Below are positions 17,794-25,326 of a stretch of 46,163 bases of DNA, piece by piece. Each line of letters begins with the position of its first letter. The stretch's first letter is position 1. The notes below the pieces were generated by a model. The model was not told the DNA's origin, made no database searches, and was given only the letters and a program-made list of their open reading frames with translations. Source of the DNA: a virus (taxonomy: Duplodnaviria > Caudoviricetes); IMG/VR virus record IMGVR_UViG_3300017716_001567, positions 1-46,163 of that record; one strand, 5' to 3'. A program made the translations under genes and the position numbers.

Positions 17794-18276
17794 TCACGCG
17801 AGAGTCTGGCTGCTAGCCAGGGCCGTCGCGATAGCCGCCGGAACACCTGCTTCCACGAGCGCAGCCGCGTACAGCTGCTGGAACTCCACCACGTCACTCC
17901 CATTGTACAGTTCGCCGTTCGGGAGCGTGTAAACCCGCACCTGGATCGGGCTAGCTGTCGCCCGCACGCCACGCATAGCGTTGTACACAGCGTTCCGCAA
18001 GTTCTCAGTATCCTTGTCCCCAGCTTCCAACCGAGCACGGTTGATCGCCTGAGCACGGACACGGATCGAGTTGCTCGCGTTCAGCATAGCCAGCACCGCC
18101 AGCTTCCCAAAGTGCGCCTCGAACTTCTCGAAGTCAGAAATCTTCGGGAGCTGCGCAGGCGTCGCAAACGCCACGCGATCAGTCTTGTTCGGACCAGCCT
18201 GCTTGCTGACCGTTTCCGTCTCCCACGTCATGCCGTAGTCAGCCCAAACGTGAGAAGCGCTAGAAGTTGTTGCCAT
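17794..18276 (-). CDS. First early gene, unknown protein, probable paralog of 8542..8985
   Basis: CTGGAGG RBS; downstream of the TTGACA promoter. Confidence 0.85.
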   Translation of the reverse strand: MATTSSASHVWADYGMTWETETVSKQAGPNKTDRVAFATPAQLPKISDFEKFEAHFGKLAVLAMLNASNSIRVRAQAINRARLEAGDKDTENLRNAVYNAMRGVRATASPIQVRVYTLPNGELYNGSDVVEFQQLYAAALVEAGVPAAIATALASSQTLA

Positions 18277-18353
18277 GTTGATATCCTCCAGGGATATTGA
18301 CCTACATGAGTTTCCTACGGGAACCAGGACGATTTCCTAGTTCCCCACACTGG

Positions 18354-18379
18354 AGGATGTGACCTTGAGTTGTCAAACA
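18354..18379 (-). repeat. 5' arm of imperfect 26-nt inverted repeat
   Basis: UGUUUGAC-AA-CUCAAGGUCACAUCCU pairs with GGGAUGUGACCUUGGG-GA-GUCAGACA. Confidence 0.85.
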
Positions 18380-18485
18380 GCGCGTCCAAGTCGCCCCACC
18401 ATGATGAGGGCTACCTGGTCGGCTCGTGGCCCCAACTCGCGACGCGCACCTTCCGCACGTCACGCTCGCCACGTCCGACACCATC

Positions 18486-18513
18486 AATGTACTACATCCC
18501 GCCGGAATGTCAA
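18486..18513 (-). promoter_or_regulatory. sigma70-like promoter TTGACA-N16-TACATT driving the leftward early arm
   Basis: Consensus -35 and near-consensus -10, followed by a long GC-rich 5' hairpin. Confidence 0.7.
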
Positions 18514-18663
18514 GCTGCCACCATGCCGACGGGGGGCACCCCCCACAAAGACATGGGGTGGCGGAGAAGCATATCCTCCCCAAATCGCACCACTTTTGAA
18601 GCTATTCAGTGGTACAATAATGTACAAGTGGCGGAGGGGCAAGGTATAGTCGCTAACGTCCAG

Positions 18664-18692
18664 TTGCGGAGAAAGGCTAGATATGGTATGTT
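18664..18692 (+). promoter_or_regulatory. Rightward promoter TTGCGG-N17-TATGTT, probably giving a leaderless TerS mRNA
   Basis: Same TTGCGN-N14-TGG-TATRTT form; ATG lies 5 nt after the -10 with no SD. Confidence 0.6.
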
Positions 18693-18697
18693 GGGAT

Positions 18698-19273
18698 ATG
18701 GCGAATACGAGGAAGCCCGACTGGGCGCGGACATATGGGACACAGGTGGAGTACGAGCGCCGTGCGAAACGCACTTCGCTTAGCCCCCGTGTGGAGCACG
18801 CGTTGCGGTTGTACAGTATGGGCACTGCGCCAACCAAAAAGAAAGCTGCTGAGATGGTGGGACTCACGCCGGCAAGCTTGTATGGTGTGACTGGAGCATT
18901 CAACGGGAACAATCTCGCGAGGCGTTTCTTGGAAGATACTAGCGCACAAATCCATGAGCGCGCGGTAGATGTGGGAGCGCTCTTGCATCGGTTGAGTCTG
19001 GAGGCTATCGGAACCATAGATCACATTCGCAAGAATGGGACTACGGAGGACATCCGCCTCAAGGCTAGCATCGACCTCGCCGATCGTGGTCCGCAGACTG
19101 GAAAGATCCAGAAGCACCAAGTCGAATCGTTCACACTTGCTGGTAAGGATGTGGAGAACATCCGACGTGCGATGCTCGAAGGTGCAGATGTGCAAGCTCT
19201 GTATGGTGAGGTCGCCCAGGATTTCGAGCAGGTCACATCTACCACGGTTAGCGATGCTAGTCAGTCAAGCTGA
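18698..19273 (+). CDS. Putative terminase small subunit (HTH)
   Basis: TKKKAAEMVGLTPASLY HTH, EDIRLKASIDLADRG; first gene of the late arm. Confidence 0.65.
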   Translation: MANTRKPDWARTYGTQVEYERRAKRTSLSPRVEHALRLYSMGTAPTKKKAAEMVGLTPASLYGVTGAFNGNNLARRFLEDTSAQIHERAVDVGALLHRLSLEAIGTIDHIRKNGTTEDIRLKASIDLADRGPQTGKIQKHQVESFTLAGKDVENIRRAMLEGADVQALYGEVAQDFEQVTSTTVSDASQSS

Positions 19274-19547
19274 AGTCGTGCTAGCGCTTTTCAGCGCAGC
19301 CCTCGGTGGTATGGCTGGTGCGGTGGGAGGAGCATTCGGAGCAACGAGAGCACTCCAGAAAGAATTGCAAGATCTTAAGCTCATTCATGGGGATAGGTTG
19401 ATCCGTGTTGAGACTCGTGTGGGGATCACAGAGGAAGGCGCTCTCACCGGCAACGGACTGATCGGCACCATCCGAAATGTAACAAGACGCATGGACGCTC
19501 GTAACGATCGACAGCACCCATTCACTGGAGATGGTAATCATGGCTAA
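19254..19547 (+). CDS. Single-TM membrane protein (holin-like)
   Basis: N-terminal hydrophobic helix followed by a coiled coil. Confidence 0.5.
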   Translation: MLVSQAEVVLALFSAALGGMAGAVGGAFGATRALQKELQDLKLIHGDRLIRVETRVGITEEGALTGNGLIGTIRNVTRRMDARNDRQHPFTGDGNHG

Positions 19548-19641
19548 GAAGATACCGTTCGGGAAGAAGGCAGTCAAGGGCCCGAAGCCTGAGAAGATGT
19601 GCGCGAAGTGCAAGAAGCCCATGAGCAAGTGTAAGTGCTAA
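19540..19641 (+). CDS. 33-aa Lys/Cys-rich peptide (not in ORF track)
   Basis: MAKKIPFGKKAVKGPKPEKMCAKCKKPMSKCKC, CTGGAG RBS. Confidence 0.6.
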   Translation: MAKKIPFGKKAVKGPKPEKMCAKCKKPMSKCKC

Positions 19642-19642
19642 G

Positions 19643-19864
19643 ATGAGCACTCTAGCCGAGCATTCGAGCAGCAAGACCGAGGTACTTCAAGTGCTATTCG
19701 GTCCCGCTTGGCGTGAGCTTATCGCAGCCATCGCGTGGGAGTTGCTCGACCGCATGGATCCTAGCGCCACTGCCATCACGATCCAGAAGTGGTTCATAAA
19801 TGTACGCGTCACATGGGCGGATATCGCTCACGCGGTGAACATACTATTTGGTCCGCACCCATGA
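19643..19864 (+). CDS. Hypothetical protein
   Basis: Coupled ORF. Confidence 0.6.
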   Translation: MSTLAEHSSSKTEVLQVLFGPAWRELIAAIAWELLDRMDPSATAITIQKWFINVRVTWADIAHAVNILFGPHP

Positions 19865-21564
19865 GTCTGATGACACTATCACCTCGTCGTGGGGGAGTGG
19901 CTAGCGCACCTGTCGTGGGTGTTGCGGCGGTTCTTACACAGCAAGGCACTCCAACAACTGGAACGCTCCGTTTTACAGGAGGATTCTGGTTACCGGAAAC
20001 TGGTAGTTATTCGATGAGCGAAGCTGACGTAACTGCTAAGAAGTTCAGCGTGTGGATCGGCGGCGTTGAACAGGCTATTCATGCTGAAGCAATGCGTGGC
20101 CGGCATCCTAACGGAAATGTGCGATGCGTTCGATACGATCTTGATTACACCTGCGCATCCACGGCTGACGTCGTGGCTAGTGTAGTCATCGGTGTAGCCC
20201 GAGGAACAACTGATATTTCCCGCCGCGCCATCACGCAGTCTGTGAGTCAGGCAAAGCGTTGGCTTGTCGCGACTGATACAGACTTCACTACGTCGACAAA
20301 AGCGACAGGGATGCCGCTTGCAAAGTCGTCTTTGTGGAACGCAGCCGAGACAGCATTCTTCACCACGATGTTCGATTATGCCATTTTCTACACTGACACA
20401 TATCAGAGTGGAAGCAAAGGTGCAGCAACGTATGATCCAGCGCGAGCATGTGTGAGTGCTTTTCTTTGTACTGGTAACATAACGTACTTAAGCCAAGCGT
20501 ATGTTATCGCTACGAAGTGGATGACAGAGTACCACTTGCAAGCTGGAACAGACAACAACTACGGTGGCACAACACAGATTGATACTGAGTCTCTTGGTGT
20601 GTACGCTGTGTCATTCCCTGAGCAGTACTCCCTCATGGAGTGGTCCTTTGGGCTAGCGTATGAGTTAACAGGGTGGTCGTACTACTGGGCGTTGCTGAAC
20701 CAGTATTCACAGCGATTCTTCTGTGCGGCTGGTGTTGAGGCGTCACAGCGCACAACGGGTGAGTTTCTTTACCGTGCGACTGCTGGTGATAATTCAATTC
20801 GTAGAGCGTATCGTAACCTTCGGTGGATGCTTGGTGGGTATACGTTTGATACTACGTATGCCTACGGGGATGCAGACAGTGGTCCACGCAATCCAGATTG
20901 GGCTGCGGAGCTGCCTTGGCATCTAGACTCAATCGAGTACAACAAGTACGACACGTCTGCTGGGGCGTATAAAGTAAACTTCCGTGGACAGAATCCCGCG
21001 CAGATTATCGCGAGTGGTGCTTGGTCAGCGGGTGATTTTCAGAATTTCGCGGTATCCATCGTAAACAACGCACTGATTGATTATCTGGAGAACATCAAGA
21101 CAGATGCACGTTTGGTGGGATGGGTTAAGATAAACATGGATATCGTGTTAGCGAACGCGAGCGAACTGCCCGCGCTGCACTACTACCACAACAACGGTGG
21201 CGCGACGAGTGGGAAGTACGCGACTCCGTATAAGAATACATCTACCGCCGTGACATCGTTATCTGTCGATGGCGGACCAAGTGGCTCAGGTGAATTGAAT
21301 GATCCGTTTGACTTTTGTATGCACGTTCGGGCACTAGCATTTCTCGCTGTTGAGTATCCTAGCGACGTTGTGAATGGCAAGACGTACGCCCAGTGGCGTG
21401 ATCTTGCTATGCGCCCAGAGCAGATGGAAGGTATGGCGTGGAACTGGAAGTTCATCGGCGAAACCGTGCAGGCTTTTGACGCTCCGTATCGTCGCATTTA
21501 TGGTAACCCGTCGCGTCCTGCCACGATTCGTACTCCCACAATCCACACGAATCAGCCGACATGA
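19861..21564 (+). CDS. Probable virion-associated protein, possible alpha/alpha-barrel glycan-active domain
   Basis: Aromatic-rich helical repeats (TGNITYLSQA, YELTGWSYY); ATGA coupling. Confidence 0.5.
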   Translation: MSLMTLSPRRGGVASAPVVGVAAVLTQQGTPTTGTLRFTGGFWLPETGSYSMSEADVTAKKFSVWIGGVEQAIHAEAMRGRHPNGNVRCVRYDLDYTCASTADVVASVVIGVARGTTDISRRAITQSVSQAKRWLVATDTDFTTSTKATGMPLAKSSLWNAAETAFFTTMFDYAIFYTDTYQSGSKGAATYDPARACVSAFLCTGNITYLSQAYVIATKWMTEYHLQAGTDNNYGGTTQIDTESLGVYAVSFPEQYSLMEWSFGLAYELTGWSYYWALLNQYSQRFFCAAGVEASQRTTGEFLYRATAGDNSIRRAYRNLRWMLGGYTFDTTYAYGDADSGPRNPDWAAELPWHLDSIEYNKYDTSAGAYKVNFRGQNPAQIIASGAWSAGDFQNFAVSIVNNALIDYLENIKTDARLVGWVKINMDIVLANASELPALHYYHNNGGATSGKYATPYKNTSTAVTSLSVDGGPSGSGELNDPFDFCMHVRALAFLAVEYPSDVVNGKTYAQWRDLAMRPEQMEGMAWNWKFIGETVQAFDAPYRRIYGNPSRPATIRTPTIHTNQPT

Positions 21565-22190
21565 GTGTACTCAGAACCGACTTCAGCGGCGCATTTGATG
21601 CAGCGCTTTTTAACAAAACAGAAACTGCTGGTACCGTCACGCAAACAGGTGGAGAGATACTCTTCAACTATAATACAGGGTATCCTGGTATTTGTTATGT
21701 TGAAGACGTTACAGCAGTAGATATGACAGGGGAAGATATGGTGATCGAGATGAGCACCTTCCCTACGACGAACCCGTGCTATATGCGGTTCTACTTAATG
21801 GATTCGACAGGAAAAGGTTGGGGTTTGCGCTTTAACTACTCCACCACAGCTTCTGGTGGGCTTGGTATTACTAAGCTTGTTGGAGGCACAGCATCAGTAG
21901 TAAGTAGCTTAGGTAACTACGACAACGTTACGCACAAGTTTATGCGCTTGCGAGAAGCTAGCGGAACTGTATATTTTGATCGTAGCCCTGACGGTACAAC
22001 GTGGACTAATATGTCTAGCTTCACTATCGCGGCTGAGATTAGCGGTGTTGATCTGACTGCTATGAAAGCACGCTTTGGGCAGTTGGACAGCGATGGTAAT
22101 GGCATCTACGGTGTGTCTAGTTACTATGCTCCCGCGCTTGCTACTGCTAGCAACGTCTCCGCGCTCATCGGTGGAGGGCTCATCACGTGA
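21561..22190 (+). CDS. Concanavalin/lectin-like beta-sandwich virion protein
   Basis: HKFMRLREASGTVYFDRSPDGTTW. Confidence 0.55.
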   Translation: MSVLRTDFSGAFDAALFNKTETAGTVTQTGGEILFNYNTGYPGICYVEDVTAVDMTGEDMVIEMSTFPTTNPCYMRFYLMDSTGKGWGLRFNYSTTASGGLGITKLVGGTASVVSSLGNYDNVTHKFMRLREASGTVYFDRSPDGTTWTNMSSFTIAAEISGVDLTAMKARFGQLDSDGNGIYGVSSYYAPALATASNVSALIGGGLIT

Positions 22191-23710
22191 GTATGATGAT
22201 GATGGGGACGAAGCCAGGTAAGCGTGGATCCTACATGTGGGCACGTAAGCCTGTTGTACCCACGCCGACTGCGCCAACTCCTATTCGCACATTTTACGTA
22301 GACGCAGCGAGTGGTAGCGATGGTAATGCTGGCACTATCGGCTCACCGTTTCAGACCATCGGTAAGATCAATACCACAGCTACAGCTGGGGATTTGTTCT
22401 ATTTGAAGGGCACATTTACTGGCACCACGTCACTTGGCATCGGCGCGGCGTCTGGCACATCGAGCGATTGGATTCAGGTAGCTAAGTGGCCAGGACAGTC
22501 ATACACGCTGAACAACGGTGGTGGCGGGTCTGAGTACTACAGCATCGACCTTTCAGCATCATACTGGTGGCTATCCGGTGGTACGGTTACTCCAGCTGCA
22601 AGTGCGTATACAGCTGCGCGCTGGACTGCTGCGAATCATCGTCTGGTAGACATGACGTTCAGTGGTGAGCCTCGCATTGGGTGTCAGGTGTACGGTGCGG
22701 ATAATGTGGAGTTCTACGACTGCGCATGGAGTGGTTCGCACGGTGGTACTGCGTCAGCGGCGGAAGGTAACGTCGGTGACATCATCATGGTGGGTCAAGG
22801 TAGTGATAACTTCAAGCTGGTGCGGTGCTCGTTCGATGTGCGCTCATACCACGGTACAGTAGGTATCGGCTCGTGGTCTGGAGCATACGTGGGTGCAGAT
22901 AACGCCTACATCTTCGATTGCTACTTCCGCAACACCGCAGCAGGTGGGCTGTGGGCGGGCTATGGCGCAGCATCCAACACGGTGGTAGAGTGGTGTACGT
23001 TTGAAGATATGGCAATCGCTCAGGATGCAACGTATCCACCCGCGTCAGTCGAAGCCATCCTGTGTCAGTCACCCGACTCCACGATTCGCTTCAACACGAT
23101 CCGCAACGGCGGCGGACGCGCAGTGCTGTTCTCGTCGTACTACTTCGGTGGTGAGTTGCAAACGTGCAAGCGGCTGAAGTTCCACAACAACACGATCACG
23201 GGCTGTGTGGGCATCGGCTTGTATTTTGGTGGTGGCCCAACCTCCAACGCAGCGACGGATCTCACTGACAACATCATTGAGAACAACGTCATCTGGAACA
23301 ACAACACGGGCGCAGCTACAGAGCAGAACGGATTTTACGAAAGCGAGTGGTATCCGATCTTTTTCAACCTGTTCCAGAACGGTACAGGCGTGTACGGCGC
23401 GGGATCGTTGGGCGGCAACATCTTCCGCAACAACTTGATTGGGCGTAGTACAGGTGACACCAAGATGATGCTGCTGATCCGCAACTTCGACGGCGGCGGC
23501 AACATCAAATATACCAAGGCGCAGATGGAATCCACGTTTGCGGGACACGCTAACAACATCAGCGCCACCGATCCGCTCCAAGTGTCGAGCACGGACGCGC
23601 ATTTGCAAGCAGGTTCGCCGTGCATTGATGCGGGATATGCCACCAGCGGCGTGAGCTATCTGGGGAGCGCGGTGGATATCGGCGTCTACGAGTACGGAGG
23701 GAATGACTGA
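22187..23710 (+). CDS. Right-handed beta-helix (pectin-lyase-like) protein, putative depolymerase/spike
   Basis: YVDAASGSDGNAGTIGSPFQTI, repeated NN[TV]I, HLQAGSPCIDAG..DIGVYE. Confidence 0.8.
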   Translation: MSMMMMGTKPGKRGSYMWARKPVVPTPTAPTPIRTFYVDAASGSDGNAGTIGSPFQTIGKINTTATAGDLFYLKGTFTGTTSLGIGAASGTSSDWIQVAKWPGQSYTLNNGGGGSEYYSIDLSASYWWLSGGTVTPAASAYTAARWTAANHRLVDMTFSGEPRIGCQVYGADNVEFYDCAWSGSHGGTASAAEGNVGDIIMVGQGSDNFKLVRCSFDVRSYHGTVGIGSWSGAYVGADNAYIFDCYFRNTAAGGLWAGYGAASNTVVEWCTFEDMAIAQDATYPPASVEAILCQSPDSTIRFNTIRNGGGRAVLFSSYYFGGELQTCKRLKFHNNTITGCVGIGLYFGGGPTSNAATDLTDNIIENNVIWNNNTGAATEQNGFYESEWYPIFFNLFQNGTGVYGAGSLGGNIFRNNLIGRSTGDTKMMLLIRNFDGGGNIKYTKAQMESTFAGHANNISATDPLQVSSTDAHLQAGSPCIDAGYATSGVSYLGSAVDIGVYEYGGND

Positions 23711-24423
23711 TGGCCGCACCAACCATTACCGGCACGCCGGTCAGCGCATCGCCATATGCTACGGCTGGCCCGATCACGATCTCATCGTACAGCACGCACC
23801 CAAGCGGCGATGACATTTTTGTTTTCGTCGGCCACTCGTACAACGCAGGTGCTGGTACTGCTACGGACGTGACGTGGAACGGCGCGTCGATGACGAAAGT
23901 GGGCGAGCAGCAGCACGCAGGCGCTGACGTGAACGCCTCGCTGTGGCGCATTGCCGCTAGCACCAACACGACGGGCAACATCGTCGTCACGCTGCCGGGA
24001 TCATCGGACTTTATAGGCACCGTCGTGGTATTCTCGGCGAATAACGTCGGCTCTATCGGCACGCTGGTAAAGCTCACATTCAGCTTCGCCGGAACGGCGG
24101 GCGTGGTGACGACGGTAACCGACGGGACAACCGATTCGCTAATTCTCGGCATGAGCGTGGCGCGACGCAACGGGACCAATACCTCGTTAGCAGCGTTCAC
24201 GGTGACGTCAGGCGGTACGGACATTGTGAATGCGGGCGTCTCAACTTCGAACAACTTGGGTGACCGGACGTGCGTGTTCACCGAAGCGGGTGCGGCGAGT
24301 GTCGATCTCGACTTGACGTACGCCTACGACTCCGACCGTATCGTGATGCTGGGACTAGCACTTAACGGCGCCGCCGCCCCAACATCCTCCCGTGCAGGTT
24401 TCTCTCGCGGTTTAATCTTCTAA
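23710..24423 (+). CDS. Beta-rich virion protein
   Basis: T/S/G/A-rich; VTWNGASMT motif typical of phage fibre domains. Confidence 0.6.
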   Translation: MAAPTITGTPVSASPYATAGPITISSYSTHPSGDDIFVFVGHSYNAGAGTATDVTWNGASMTKVGEQQHAGADVNASLWRIAASTNTTGNIVVTLPGSSDFIGTVVVFSANNVGSIGTLVKLTFSFAGTAGVVTTVTDGTTDSLILGMSVARRNGTNTSLAAFTVTSGGTDIVNAGVSTSNNLGDRTCVFTEAGAASVDLDLTYAYDSDRIVMLGLALNGAAAPTSSRAGFSRGLIF

Positions 24424-24435
24424 ACAGGACAGCAC

Positions 24436-25194
24436 ATGGCATACTATGGGGATTACCTCAAGGGAACAACGGTGTACATTCCGTTCAACTCCAACGGGGG
24501 AGATGGTGCGTCGATCACACTCGCGACAAACGGTACGCCGAAGGCGTATGTTAATGGTGGGACGACGGAGATTACAACTGGAGTATCGCTCGTGGAAGAT
24601 CATGATGCGATCACGGGTAGGCACTTCATTTCAGTTGATACGTCGGGGAGGGGGTTCACGGCTGGTTCAGATGTGGACGTGGCTATCGACGCGAATACTG
24701 TGGATGGTAAGACGGTAAATGCGTGGGTTGGGAAGTTCTCCATCCTGCGTGCGAAGTACGAGACTCCAGTTGTGGGCCTGGCGGTTGCTGCGACTTCCAC
24801 AACCGTCACACTTCCCGCTACCGCCGTAGCAACGAACGATTACTACAACGGATCGGTTATCACGATTGCCTATGGTACAGGTGCCGGACAGTCGCGGGTG
24901 ATTACTGATTACGCATCCACAAAGGTTGCGACGGTTGAAGGTTGGACCACCACACCGGATACTACGAGTGTCGTGATGGTGACTGCGGTTGCACCGGCTG
25001 CTGCGGCGGATTTGGATGCTATCTCTAACGCGGTGAATGAAGGCGCGTGGGATGTGTTCAAGACTGTCAAGCGTACTGGAACGAACGGAAACACTGGACT
25101 GAGTGCAACGCTTCCCACGACTGGTGCGGTTACTACGACGCTCGATACGGACGTGGCAGCACTTCCGATCATCGAAGTTGACACTGCGAGCTAA
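24436..25194 (+). CDS. Virion structural protein
   Basis: NDYYNG..I..GTGAGQSRVITDY motif. Confidence 0.6.
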   Translation: MAYYGDYLKGTTVYIPFNSNGGDGASITLATNGTPKAYVNGGTTEITTGVSLVEDHDAITGRHFISVDTSGRGFTAGSDVDVAIDANTVDGKTVNAWVGKFSILRAKYETPVVGLAVAATSTTVTLPATAVATNDYYNGSVITIAYGTGAGQSRVITDYASTKVATVEGWTTTPDTTSVVMVTAVAPAAAADLDAISNAVNEGAWDVFKTVKRTGTNGNTGLSATLPTTGAVTTTLDTDVAALPIIEVDTAS

Positions 25195-25196
25195 CC

Positions 25197-25316
25197 ATGT
25201 TGCTACTACTTTGGTTTGCGCTGTTCGGCGCGGGTGGAGAGGAAAGCGGTGGACCTACAGTTCCTCCTGGCTCCGGTAACTTGTACTGGAAGATCTACCG
25301 TAAACGTCGGGGATAG
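25197..25316 (+). CDS. 39-aa peptide (not in ORF track)
   Basis: MLLLLWFALFGAGGEESGGPTVPPGSGNLYWKIYRKRRG fills the gap before TerL. Confidence 0.45.
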   Translation: MLLLLWFALFGAGGEESGGPTVPPGSGNLYWKIYRKRRG

Positions 25317-25326
25317 GGGTACAAAA

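Noticed and set aside
17764-18379. Invertible DNA segment or transposon ends
   Set aside because: No recombinase or transposase is encoded, and the mismatches are strand-specific G-U pairs, favouring an RNA helix
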